A DNA stretch of 64,000 nt from an uncultured Chlamydiae bacterium (GCA_937996705.1 CALKUQ010000041.1:26125-90124), one strand, 5' to 3'. Numbered from the stretch's first letter, positions 43,718-53,494 are shown. Notes: a model not told the origin generated them from the sequence alone. Made by a program: numbers and translations.

Positions 43718-45139
43718 ATGGAACAAAGAAATAATCTCTCCCTGTTTATTTTCCGAAGAGATCTGAGACTTGAAGACAACACGGGTCTAATTTACGCTTT
43801 GAAAAATTCCAAACAAGTAATTCCTGCGTTTATTTTCACCCCCGAACAAATTGATAACAATCCCTACAGAAGTGACTTTTGTCTGAAATTCATGATTGAG
43901 TCTCTCCAAGAATTAGATCTAGCGCTTCAAAAGCAGGGAAGTCGTCTCTATATTTTCAAAGGGTCTGTAAATCAAGTGCTAGAGAAGTGCATAAAAGAGT
44001 TGCACATCTCTTCTGTTATTATTAATAAAGACTATACCCCTTATAGCAGAAAAAGAGACGATCAGATTGAAACTCTTTGTAAAAAAACAAAAATCTCTTT
44101 TAACTCCTTTCATGACTCCCCTTTGATTAGCCCGGAAGAGAGTTTAAAAAAGGATGGGACCCCCTATTTAGTATTTACCCCCTATTTTAAAAATGCTCTA
44201 GATACAAAAGTAAGAGCGCCTGTCAGCAATAAAGAAAAAAACTACTTCTCAGGACCAATTTCGTTTGCAGAGTCTCCTGAGTTTCTTACTAAAATGGGAT
44301 CAAACCTCCCCCTCAATCCCCGTTTTAAAGGGGGAAGAAGTGAGGCTTTAAAAATTTTAGATCATCTAGCCGCTTTTAAAGAATACGGAATCTTACGAGA
44401 CTACCCCGCAGCTGATTACTCTACCCACCTCTCTCCCTATCTTAAATTTAATGTCTGCTCAGTTCGTGAAGTCTATGCAAAAATCTCTCACCATTTATCT
44501 CCGCATCACGATTTAATTCGATCTCTCTATTGGAGAGACTTTTTCACCATGATCGCCTTTTTCTTCCCTTACGTTTTTGGAGGCTCCTTTCATAAAAAAT
44601 ATGATGGAGTTACCTGGTCTGATGATAGAGAGGCTTTTAAACTTTGGTGTGAAGGAAGAACTGGATTTCCCCTCGTAGATGCTGGAATGAGAGAACTTAA
44701 TACGACTGGATTTATGCACAATCGGGTTCGTATGATTGTAGGATCGTTTTTAGTTAAAGACCTTCATATTGATTGGAGGTGGGGAGAAAAATATTTTGCC
44801 CAAAAACTTATTGATTACGACCCTTGTGTAAATAACGGAAATTGGCAATGGGTGGCAAGCACAGGGACTGACGCTCAGCCCTATTTTCGCGTCTTTAGCC
44901 CCTGGAGACAACAAGAAAAATTTGACCCAGATTGTATCTATATCAAAAAATGGATTCCAGAACTCAATCCCCTCGCCCCAAAAAGTATTCACTCTTGGAG
45001 CGACCCGGCCTATCACACAAAATGGAAAGGGTACCCCTCTCCGATGGTTGACCATGCAATTGAATCTAAACTCGCGATCAAACGGTATTTAGAAGCGAAT
45101 GGTCATCCTGGCGTTAATCCCTTGAGCCCAAAATTGTGA
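43718..45139 (+). CDS. phr: Deoxyribodipyrimidine photolyase (class I CPD type)
   Basis: LFIFRRDLRLEDNTGL N-terminus. The FAD-binding region TGFPLVDAGMRELNTTGFMHNRVRMIVGSFLVKDLHIDWRWGEKYF...NNGNWQWVASTGTDAQPYFRVFSP aligns by eye with E. coli Phr. Confidence 0.92.
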   Translation: MEQRNNLSLFIFRRDLRLEDNTGLIYALKNSKQVIPAFIFTPEQIDNNPYRSDFCLKFMIESLQELDLALQKQGSRLYIFKGSVNQVLEKCIKELHISSVIINKDYTPYSRKRDDQIETLCKKTKISFNSFHDSPLISPEESLKKDGTPYLVFTPYFKNALDTKVRAPVSNKEKNYFSGPISFAESPEFLTKMGSNLPLNPRFKGGRSEALKILDHLAAFKEYGILRDYPAADYSTHLSPYLKFNVCSVREVYAKISHHLSPHHDLIRSLYWRDFFTMIAFFFPYVFGGSFHKKYDGVTWSDDREAFKLWCEGRTGFPLVDAGMRELNTTGFMHNRVRMIVGSFLVKDLHIDWRWGEKYFAQKLIDYDPCVNNGNWQWVASTGTDAQPYFRVFSPWRQQEKFDPDCIYIKKWIPELNPLAPKSIHSWSDPAYHTKWKGYPSPMVDHAIESKLAIKRYLEANGHPGVNPLSPKL

Positions 45140-46252
45140 GGTTTTGAAAAGTCTTTCTGGTCTTGCTTCTCCGACAACTGCAAGTGAAGAAGAATTTGAA
45201 ATCGCTGGGGCTTGCGATGGATTAATCGTATGGTCTATCTGACTTGTGGCAAATAGCACTTCTGTTACATAAAAAAATGTGTATCCAATTGATAAATCTA
45301 CATTATCCACTACACTATACCCTAAATCTAGAGAGGCTTGAGGAATGACAGAAAACTTGTTTTTACTCGAGCTTCCTGAATTTGTAGCCATTGCTGTATA
45401 CCCCGCAGCAAAATTTTGAAGAGAGCCGTAGCCATCAAAATTATTGGTACTTAAGTTCCCTTTGATATTCAAGTATCCGTTCATTTGCCCTAAAGCAAGT
45501 TTGACATTTCCCTGAAGAAAGAATCGATCCCAAAGATAACTGCCATCAATGCCGATTTGCCCTCCGTAAAAATTGTTGGAAACGGAAAATTGATCTTCGG
45601 TCATAAAAATATCGAGGGGAGGTGTTACTGTTGGACTATCTACAGTAAAGATTACATTCTCTTTAAGATTCCACCAAAGAAACCCTGCGAGGACCACTAG
45701 GTTTGAACCTTTTTGATTTCTAAGGACTTGAAAAAGCATATTCCCATCTGCATATTGCATCGAATTTTTTACTTTTAAAACTGCTTTGGCTGAATAAAGA
45801 TCCTCTTCGGCTAAAATAGCACAGCTTTCACTTCCTGTGACTGGATTAAAAAAAGGGAATGTTAAACAAGAGGAACCTGCTAACCCATTTGAACTCACAC
45901 TTTTCTTATACGTATTTTTCCCCAAAAATAGATAGCTCGCCTCTAACCCAAAAATATTATTTGCATCTAACCACACCCCTCCAAAAAATCTCCCCCCCGA
46001 TCTTCCCCCATTAGGAATACTTTTATCTCCAAGGACCACTTTTGTCCCTGGCTCATCTAAAACTGGGGCAAATTCATCGACATTGGGTCCGCTAACAACA
46101 AGGGGCGCAGGGGCAGGGGAATTTCTTATCCACCAATAGACATACTCCCCCCCAAACCAACCCTTCTCAAGATCGGGATACCGAGAAAATTCCTTTGCGC
46201 AAAGAGAACTACTTAGTAAACAAACTGCAGTTAAAATCCTGACTCTAATCAT
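45089..46252 (-). CDS. Outer-membrane beta-barrel protein (BBP7-like porin candidate)
   Basis: Signal peptide MIRVRILTAVCLLSSSLCA. Barrel start GGEYVYWWIRNSPAPAPLVVSG resembles the BBP7 motif. C-terminal beta-signal ...NARMTIRF. Confidence 0.72.
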   Translation of the reverse strand: MIRVRILTAVCLLSSSLCAKEFSRYPDLEKGWFGGEYVYWWIRNSPAPAPLVVSGPNVDEFAPVLDEPGTKVVLGDKSIPNGGRSGGRFFGGVWLDANNIFGLEASYLFLGKNTYKKSVSSNGLAGSSCLTFPFFNPVTGSESCAILAEEDLYSAKAVLKVKNSMQYADGNMLFQVLRNQKGSNLVVLAGFLWWNLKENVIFTVDSPTVTPPLDIFMTEDQFSVSNNFYGGQIGIDGSYLWDRFFLQGNVKLALGQMNGYLNIKGNLSTNNFDGYGSLQNFAAGYTAMATNSGSSSKNKFSVIPQASLDLGYSVVDNVDLSIGYTFFYVTEVLFATSQIDHTINPSQAPAISNSSSLAVVGEARPERLFKTSQFWAQGINARMTIRF

Positions 46253-46391
46253 AAAAAATCTCCATAGCCTAAACTTGCTTAGTATATGGAGGCCAAATTT
46301 ATTTCAAATAGAAAAATCAACTCTGATTTACCTTGGTAAAAAAGTTTGGATGGAGGATAATGATCGATTAAAAATATGATTTTGGAGTGCT

Positions 46392-49346
46392 ATGAAAAAA
46401 GGTGAAAACCATCTTAATTTTCTTGTGAAAGAGGTTTACAAGATCGATGAGATCGGGGTCGAACTTTTTCATATTGTTCACGAAAAGACTGGAGCGGAAA
46501 TTGTTCATATTAAAGCAGATGATGATGAAAATGTTTTTGCTCTCTGCTTTAAAACCTACCCTTATGACAGTACGGGGATTGCCCATATTTTAGAACATAC
46601 CACCCTTTGCGGCTCTAAGAAATTCCCCATTAGCGATCCGTTTTTCTCCATGTTAAAGCGGAGCAGCAATACTTATATGAATGCACTAACTGCCAAGCTT
46701 TGGACAGCCTACCCAGCCGCTTCTAAAATCAAAAGTGATTTCTATAACCTGCTAGATGTCTATATTGATGCGACCTTTTTTCCTTTACTCAATAAGACAA
46801 GTTTCGCCCAAGAAGGGTATCGTTTTGCCTTTCAAGACCCTCAAGACCCAAAGACAGATCTCACCTTGCAAGGTGTTGTGTTTAATGAGATGAAAGGGGT
46901 CTTTTCTAACCCAGGCTCTCTTTTGTGGAGAAAGATGGCTTGCGGACTTTGTCCAGATACCCCCTATGGTCACGATTCAGGGGGTGATCCTAAAGAAATT
47001 CCTAGCTTGACGCATCAAAATTTAATCGACTTTCATAAAGCCTACTATGACCCCAGTCGCTGCATCTTTTATTTTTATGGCAACATCCCGATCAAAGAGC
47101 ATTTAGATTATATTGATGCAAGAATTCTTAAAGAGAGCAAAAAAAGCTCCCCTATCCCCCCTATTCGAAAACAGACAAGATTCAAAGAGCCTAAGCGGGA
47201 AGAATCTTTTTATCCCACCTCTGAAACCGATTTAACAAAAAAAACTTTCTTAGGATTTTCTTGGCTTACTACAGATATCAGCGATCAAGACGAACTACTT
47301 GCCCTCAGTTTGCTCGACTCAGTCCTCATGGATACCGACGCGTCCATCTTGAAGCACAAACTTCTCTCCTCTGGTCTTTGCGTAGATGCAGAATCGGTAA
47401 TTGATGCAGAAGCAAGAGACACCCCTTTTGCTATTATTTTAAGAGGGTGTGAAAAAGAAGATGCAGACAAAATAGAAGCCCTTTTATTTGAATCTCTGAA
47501 ACAAATTGTAACAGAAGGAATCCCCCGAGATCAAATCGAATCATCCTTACATCAACTCAAATTTTCCAGAAGTGAAATTAGCTCTGATAGCGGCCCCTAT
47601 GGCTTAGAACTCTTTGGCAGATCTGTCATCCCCTACCTACAAGGGGGCTCAATTGTTGAGGAGTTAAAAGTGCATTCTGCGTTTGAAACATTAGAAACTC
47701 TTATTTTCCAAGAGAACTTTCTAACAAAGATCCTAGAAAAACACCTGATTCGCAACCCTCATTTTTACAGATTGACCCTCTCTCCCAGTCAAACCCTTTT
47801 AAAGAAAATGCAAGAGGAGGAAGCTGATTTTCTAAAACAAAAACAAGCAGCCCTCACCTCTAGTGAAATTGAATCCATCCTTCGTGATTCTTCGGAACTG
47901 GAAGAGTATCAGGAAGAAAAAGAGCTTGAGGATAACTCATGCCTTCCTATTTTATCTCTAAATGAAATTCCTAAAGAGATCCCCTATTTTTCCTTAAGGA
48001 AAGAGAGCTATAATCAGCTAGCTGTCTACCATCATGAATGTTTCACTAACGGAATTGTTTATGCCGACCTTGTTTTCGATCTCCCTCAAATTCAAGAACA
48101 AGACCTGTTTTATCTACGCCTGTTCTCCTCTCTCCTTACTGATTTAGGTGCGGGGGGAAGATCTTACAAAGAAAACCTTCATCACATTCAAAAAAGTGTA
48201 GGGGGAATTTGGACTGCACTCTCTTTAAATGTTCAGCGGATGGATAATGAAACGTGTTACCCCACTATCTCAATTTCAGGCAAAGCGCTTAATGAAAACA
48301 GTGAAGCCCTTCTCCGGTTGATGAAAGATTTTATTATTTCTCCTGATCTCAACGACAAAGAGCGGATTAAAGAGTTAATATTGCAATCCTACACCTACCT
48401 CCAGCAAAAGCTAAACAGCAATGCAATCCAATATGCTCTAAAGGAATCTGCTTCAGGATTTTCACCCTGGAGCTTTGTCAGCAACTTATGGCATGGACTC
48501 CCCTACTACAAGTTTTTAGAAAAACTTACAAACGATTTAGAAGCTGCTATTCCCGAAGTAATTCAGCGATTTGAGTATTTAAGCAAATCCCTGTTTCACC
48601 TTAATAACCCACATTTTGTAATCTCCTGTGATTCTGCCTCATATAAAAATTTAGAAGAACACTCTTTCTACGGATTACAAACCTTTGCCGATGCATCAGC
48701 ATCCTTTTGTCCGTGGGTCGAACTCGCTATCCCAAAAAGAGTGCAAAATTCTGCAAAAGCAATCGCATATCCGATTGCCCATAACGCAAAATCGATTGAA
48801 ACAGTTACCCTCTCTTCAAGATTTTCAGCTCACCTTAAACTAGCAAGCTACTTATTTGAAAATTTAGAACTTCACAAACAAATTCGAGAAGAGGGCGGCG
48901 CTTATCACTGTGGGGCTAAATACAATATACTCACTGGCCTCTACCAATTTTTCAGCTCAAGAGATCCCAATATTTCGTCTACCTACGCAGCTTTCAATTT
49001 TTCAGTAAATGCAATAGCTGCAGGGGAATTTTCCGAACAAGATCTTCTTGAAGCAAAACTCAGTTATCTTCAAGATGTTGACGGAGTCGTCCCCCCAAGC
49101 TCAAGAGCTTCTATTACCTACTTTCAACACAAAGTGGGACTGACCAAAGAAATTCGGCAAAAATTCAGAGACCAAATTCTCTCCTCTACAAGGCAAGATA
49201 TTATGCAGGCTGTGAAAGAGTGTCTCATTCCTAAATTAGCGACAGATTCGGTTCATATCACTTATGCCAATGAAGCTCTCATCCTCAAGGAGCTTCCCCT
49301 CTTTGAGAAAAAAGGTCTTCCTGAAATGGAACTTGTAACACTCTAA
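46392..49346 (+). CDS. M16-family zinc metallopeptidase (PreP/insulinase-like, M16C)
   Basis: HILEHTTLCGS (HxxEH) and GVVFNEMKG. A ~980-aa four-domain size is typical of presequence-protease-like enzymes. Confidence 0.9.
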   Translation: MKKGENHLNFLVKEVYKIDEIGVELFHIVHEKTGAEIVHIKADDDENVFALCFKTYPYDSTGIAHILEHTTLCGSKKFPISDPFFSMLKRSSNTYMNALTAKLWTAYPAASKIKSDFYNLLDVYIDATFFPLLNKTSFAQEGYRFAFQDPQDPKTDLTLQGVVFNEMKGVFSNPGSLLWRKMACGLCPDTPYGHDSGGDPKEIPSLTHQNLIDFHKAYYDPSRCIFYFYGNIPIKEHLDYIDARILKESKKSSPIPPIRKQTRFKEPKREESFYPTSETDLTKKTFLGFSWLTTDISDQDELLALSLLDSVLMDTDASILKHKLLSSGLCVDAESVIDAEARDTPFAIILRGCEKEDADKIEALLFESLKQIVTEGIPRDQIESSLHQLKFSRSEISSDSGPYGLELFGRSVIPYLQGGSIVEELKVHSAFETLETLIFQENFLTKILEKHLIRNPHFYRLTLSPSQTLLKKMQEEEADFLKQKQAALTSSEIESILRDSSELEEYQEEKELEDNSCLPILSLNEIPKEIPYFSLRKESYNQLAVYHHECFTNGIVYADLVFDLPQIQEQDLFYLRLFSSLLTDLGAGGRSYKENLHHIQKSVGGIWTALSLNVQRMDNETCYPTISISGKALNENSEALLRLMKDFIISPDLNDKERIKELILQSYTYLQQKLNSNAIQYALKESASGFSPWSFVSNLWHGLPYYKFLEKLTNDLEAAIPEVIQRFEYLSKSLFHLNNPHFVISCDSASYKNLEEHSFYGLQTFADASASFCPWVELAIPKRVQNSAKAIAYPIAHNAKSIETVTLSSRFSAHLKLASYLFENLELHKQIREEGGAYHCGAKYNILTGLYQFFSSRDPNISSTYAAFNFSVNAIAAGEFSEQDLLEAKLSYLQDVDGVVPPSSRASITYFQHKVGLTKEIRQKFRDQILSSTRQDIMQAVKECLIPKLATDSVHITYANEALILKELPLFEKKGLPEMELVTL

Positions 49347-49353
49347 CAGAAAA

Positions 49354-50394
49354 TTAGTTAGATAGAATTATGGGTAGAATTGCGAATTTAGTGCAAGGGT
49401 AGTGATACTCGAGATGTACGTAAGCATTTAAAAAAATCTTAAAGCTTATTTCAGGGGGACAACTATGTTTTTGTCCATAATCGATGAGGATCTCTTCCTT
49501 AAAATCAACATATAGAAGATGGCAAGCCTCTTCATCCTCAAGACTTAATAAAATTTCATCCTGTCTGAGAGATACTAGATGCATATAAAGACTTTCAATC
49601 GGATAGCTAAATTCATCTAATTTTATAAATATATCTTGTCCCCCTCTTTTTAATTTAGGAAATTCAACCTCTTCGTAGCTCTCTTTGGTTGCTAAATTTA
49701 AAAGATGAAATGCTTGAAAATACCTAACTTTTGAATCGGTTGGTTCCTCACCTAAAAGAGCTGTACATGCATAACCAAAACAAAGTCCATCATCAAATCC
49801 TGTAGAAATGCTTTTTTGCAAATCTTTTTTCCACAGAGAAACCTGATCTTGGACAATCTCGGTTTGCAATCGTAAATAATATTTATCTAAAGCGATTCGC
49901 TCAGGGAACTTAAAAGCATACTCTAAGATCTCTTTATGTTTCAGATTGAGCCATTCAAGCGATTCCAAACTCTCCTTAGGTAAAGTTTGACAAAGAGCTG
50001 CAGAGACAAAAATAGGAAAAGAGCCCGTTTCTAGCAAATGTCGAGCAAAGAATAAAGCGTTCTCGTAATTGATTTTTAAGAGGAAATTTAGGAGATCGAC
50101 AATCAAGACAGAGGGCTTATGCAAGGACAAGTTAGAGACAGCCTTAAAAATCACTTTTGAAAAAACGCTCTCTATTTTAATAGTTAACCAACTACTTCTC
50201 TCTGATCTCACTATTAAGTTTCTTAAAAAAAATCTAGCACTTGCAGAGGGGTGGGGCGAACTCAGCATGTTATAGATTACAGCAACAAAATCTCTATCCT
50301 TCGTAGCAGGATTTACAAGAAGTTTGTAGAGTGTATCATACTCTTCTCGTGAGTAAGGCATTCGTGCTGAAATTGATCTTAAAGAGTCAGTCAT
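49354..50394 (-). CDS. Hypothetical protein; C-terminal half has a papain-like Cys/His/Asp pattern
   Basis: 346-codon ORF. DDGLCFGYACTALLG (C205), EACHLLYVDF (H292) and EILIDYGQ (D305). Confidence 0.5.
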   Translation of the reverse strand: MTDSLRSISARMPYSREEYDTLYKLLVNPATKDRDFVAVIYNMLSSPHPSASARFFLRNLIVRSERSSWLTIKIESVFSKVIFKAVSNLSLHKPSVLIVDLLNFLLKINYENALFFARHLLETGSFPIFVSAALCQTLPKESLESLEWLNLKHKEILEYAFKFPERIALDKYYLRLQTEIVQDQVSLWKKDLQKSISTGFDDGLCFGYACTALLGEEPTDSKVRYFQAFHLLNLATKESYEEVEFPKLKRGGQDIFIKLDEFSYPIESLYMHLVSLRQDEILLSLEDEEACHLLYVDFKEEILIDYGQKHSCPPEISFKIFLNAYVHLEYHYPCTKFAILPIILSN

Positions 50395-50502
50395 ATCTTA
50401 ATAATAACAAAGACGTTAAAAACATTCGAGCGATTTTTTGGATTGCTTAATAAACTTAAAGGAGATAGTATCTAGTTTTATTTTTAAACTCGTGAGCATT
50501 TT

Positions 50503-51564
50503 ATGGCTCTTCGCCCTTTAATCTGCACTCTCACCACTATTTCTCTTTTTTCACAAACACCAGATTCCCCTTTAACCAAATCTCATTATGGGTATATTAG
50601 CGCTGACTTTATCTATTGGGTCGCAAATCAACAGGGTAACGACTATGCAGTCACAGGGGCTGCAATCACAGTTCCTGGAACAGTCGACCCAAACACCGAT
50701 TTAATTCCGAGCACCCTTACTCAAAGCGGATCGGTCTACTCCCCAAATTTCAAAATCAAACCTGGATTCAAAGTTGCAATAGGTCTGGATGTAATGCAAA
50801 CCAGATGGAACCTTTTTGCAGAATACACCTATCTCTATAGCAAAGCAAGCAGCTCTGTTTTTAATGACAATATAAACACAGGGATACTCCCGTTATATAA
50901 TCACTCTCCAAACAATTCTATCCTCTCTACCACAATCTCTGCAATCAATTCTGGTGCAACTGGATATGTTTCCCAAGCTGATTCTCTTTGGCGCCTTAAT
51001 TTTAACAACCTTAGTTTAGAACTGGAAAAAAAGTTTGCAATTCTCAATAATTTTTTTGCAAAACCACACTTTGGATTCCAAGGCTCTTTACAGAAACAAC
51101 ACTTCTCTGTTCTTTACAAAGTAAGTTCTCTTGAGACCCCCACAACAATTCTAGGAACAAATAGTGTCAATTTCAAGCAAACCTATTGGGGATTCGGACC
51201 TAGAGTCGGGCTCGATGGAACTTGGCAGTGCTTAAACCATTTTGCTCTGTTTTCAAATTCTGGATTTTCTCTCCTCTGGAGCCAATTCAACGGAGAGGGA
51301 ACCTCTCATGACACCAATACTCCTCTAGGTTATAGCAATCTATTAATCAGCAGTATAAACCGAAAAATCAACACTCTAATTCCAGTGATGCAACTCTCTG
51401 TTGGAGCCCAGACAAATTGGATTTCGAAAGACAACTTTTATTTCCTCCTAGAGGCGAGCTGGGAAGGACAAGTATGGTTTAATCAAAATCAACGAAGCAC
51501 TTCTATTTCAGATATTTCTCTTTTTCTTCAAGGTCTTACATTAAGCGCAAAATTGGGATACTAA
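50503..51564 (+). CDS. MOMP-like outer-membrane porin (Chlamydia/Legionella MOMP-type)
   Basis: Signal-like N-terminus. ISADFIYWVANQQGNDYAV ... YSPNFKIKPGFKVAIGLD...WNLFAEYTYL resembles MOMP-family barrel starts. C-terminal ...LSAKLGY. Confidence 0.7.
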   Translation: MALRPLICTLTTISLFSQTPDSPLTKSHYGYISADFIYWVANQQGNDYAVTGAAITVPGTVDPNTDLIPSTLTQSGSVYSPNFKIKPGFKVAIGLDVMQTRWNLFAEYTYLYSKASSSVFNDNINTGILPLYNHSPNNSILSTTISAINSGATGYVSQADSLWRLNFNNLSLELEKKFAILNNFFAKPHFGFQGSLQKQHFSVLYKVSSLETPTTILGTNSVNFKQTYWGFGPRVGLDGTWQCLNHFALFSNSGFSLLWSQFNGEGTSHDTNTPLGYSNLLISSINRKINTLIPVMQLSVGAQTNWISKDNFYFLLEASWEGQVWFNQNQRSTSISDISLFLQGLTLSAKLGY

Positions 51565-51569
51565 AAAAT

Positions 51570-51600
51570 TAGGCTCTTACATTAAAAATGTAAGAGCCTA
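51570..51600. terminator. Bidirectional hairpin terminator between convergent genes
   Basis: Perfect 13-bp stem TAGGCTCTTACAT-TAAAA-ATGTAAGAGCCTA, with an A-run on the left. Confidence 0.7.
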
Positions 51601-51619
51601 TAAGTAGCGCGATATATAC

Positions 51620-53074
51620 TCAACTATTTGGGTGAGGAATGCTATGGAAGCTTGCCCTTCCCTGATTGTGCATCAAAATCACAAGGCGATCTTTAGGATT
51701 TGCATTTTCAAGACTGTTCTTAAAGTCGTTTACCGAACCGATTTTTTGTCCGTTCACCACTAAAATTACACTGCCTGGTGTCCAGCCAAGAATTGCTGCT
51801 ATACTTCCACTTAAAACTTTTGTAACAACAACCCCTTTTTCATCGGCTTTAATTCCATATTTTCCCGCATTTTCCGTTGTGATTTGCTCCACAAAAATAC
51901 CGAGCTTATGGATGATATCCCCTTCTGTAGATGCCTCTTTTGTTTTTGATCCCAAAACAAGAGAGATTTTTTTTTGCTTTCCCTCTCGAATAATATTCAT
52001 AGAACACTTTGTTCCTGAAGGAAGTTTTCCAAGAACTGTATACAGTTGCTTGGACGATTTAATGACTTCATTGTTAAAATCGACTACTAAGTCTCCTGGC
52101 ATTAGGCCTGCCACAGCTGCTGCTGAATCGGGCACAACCTCAGCAATCAAAGCCCCTGTTGTCCCCTTTTTTAATTTGAATCCTGTACATAAATCATCAT
52201 TCAAATCTTGTATTTGGACACCAAGAAAAGCTCTATCCACCGATCCACTCTCTCGGATTTGTAAAGAGACCATCTTTGCAATATTACTGGGCACAGCAAA
52301 TCCCACCCCGATATTTCCTCCAGTCTTGGAAAGAATCGCTGTATTTACCCCGATAACTTTTCCATTCAAATCAACAAGAGGCCCTCCAGAGTGGCCAGGA
52401 TTAATTGCCGCATCAGTTTGTATAAAATCTTCAAGTTGTGATATTTGCAAATCACCTCTATGTGTTGCAGAAATGACCCCTGCAGAAACAGAATCTCTCA
52501 ATTTAAAAGGGTGCCCGATTGCCATTGTCCACTGCCCCACTTCAATTTCGTCAGAGTCGGCAAACTCCAAAAAGACCAAATTATCTGCTTCAATTTTAAG
52601 AACAGCTAAATCTGTATTTGGGTCACAGCCAATTAATTTTGCGTCGTACTGTCTTTCGATTTCATCATATTTCTCAACAACAATTTTTCCCCCATCTTTA
52701 ATCACATGGTAGTTGGTCACTATGTATCCATCTGATGAGACAATAAAACCTGAACCGTTGCTGACTGCATAAGAGTTTTGCGGTTGACCACGACTGCTAC
52801 CTGATCCACCACCAGGGAGACCAAAAAAGCGATTAAAAAGTTCATCTTGAAACATTTCAAAGGGATTACTTGAATCACTAAATCCTTGGGTTTGCCCATT
52901 GCCAGCTTCGACTCTAATGTGAACGACTGCAGGTCTGCATTTCTTCGCAACATTAATAAATGCCTGAGAAAGACTTTGCCCACATTGCTCACAAGAGCCC
53001 GTATCTTTTGAAACCGCCCCCAGAGCAGAGAAAGCCACAATCGCAGGTAGTGCAAAACAGATCATCTTTTTCAT
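51620..53074 (-). CDS. htrA: Periplasmic serine endoprotease DegP/HtrA with two PDZ domains
   Basis: Signal peptide. Catalytic triad contexts TNYHVI, DLAVLKI and GHSGGPL. Two PDZ-like C-terminal regions. Confidence 0.95.
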   Translation of the reverse strand: MKKMICFALPAIVAFSALGAVSKDTGSCEQCGQSLSQAFINVAKKCRPAVVHIRVEAGNGQTQGFSDSSNPFEMFQDELFNRFFGLPGGGSGSSRGQPQNSYAVSNGSGFIVSSDGYIVTNYHVIKDGGKIVVEKYDEIERQYDAKLIGCDPNTDLAVLKIEADNLVFLEFADSDEIEVGQWTMAIGHPFKLRDSVSAGVISATHRGDLQISQLEDFIQTDAAINPGHSGGPLVDLNGKVIGVNTAILSKTGGNIGVGFAVPSNIAKMVSLQIRESGSVDRAFLGVQIQDLNDDLCTGFKLKKGTTGALIAEVVPDSAAAVAGLMPGDLVVDFNNEVIKSSKQLYTVLGKLPSGTKCSMNIIREGKQKKISLVLGSKTKEASTEGDIIHKLGIFVEQITTENAGKYGIKADEKGVVVTKVLSGSIAAILGWTPGSVILVVNGQKIGSVNDFKNSLENANPKDRLVILMHNQGRASFHSIPHPNS

Positions 53075-53433
53075 TCAAATCTCCTCCTTTAAAACCAGAT
53101 TTCATCCTATCACAACTCTATTTTTTCTCAAAGAACTCCGCGCAACAGCAAGAACTTCAAACCTGAGTTTCCGATTTATAACACCCTATCAACCTGAAGA
53201 TGATCGATTTTTTGAGGGTATATAGCAGTTACAAATGCATGTTACCCAGATTTCATTACCTGCATCTATTTGAGCAGCTTCCCCCAGGTGTGGTTAGTCA
53301 AATCGTTATCGAATAGCGCCAGTCTCCCAGAGAAAAAATCAAAACGTTTCGGATTAAGGTCTCTTCAAAAGACTTTTTTGCATTTACTTAGACTGATTTT
53401 TTTATCTATAGCAGTTTCGATTGGCTGTTTTGC

Positions 53434-53466
53434 AAAAAAAAATCGGCCAGTAAGAATACTGACCGA
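53434..53466 (-). terminator. Rho-independent terminator of hup
   Basis: The minus strand reads TCGGTCAGTA-TTCT-TACTGGCCGA followed by T9, 29 nt after the hup stop. Confidence 0.65.
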
Positions 53467-53494
53467 ATCAAGACTTATAAAAGTTGAAATAAAA

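Noticed and set aside
51666-52712. 348-codon ORF antisense to htrA
   Set aside because: It lies fully inside a confidently identified DegP/HtrA gene. The translation is rich in Ser, Thr, Pro and Phe with no motifs and no SD. It is treated as a shadow ORF, though its length is striking.
53356-53379. Weak + strand hairpin plus T-run in the 420-nt htrA-hup intergenic region (possible sRNA; track ORF 53270-53515)
   Set aside because: The stem is only 7 bp including a G-U. No convincing promoter was found upstream. The 81-codon ORF has no SD or motifs. The evidence is insufficient.
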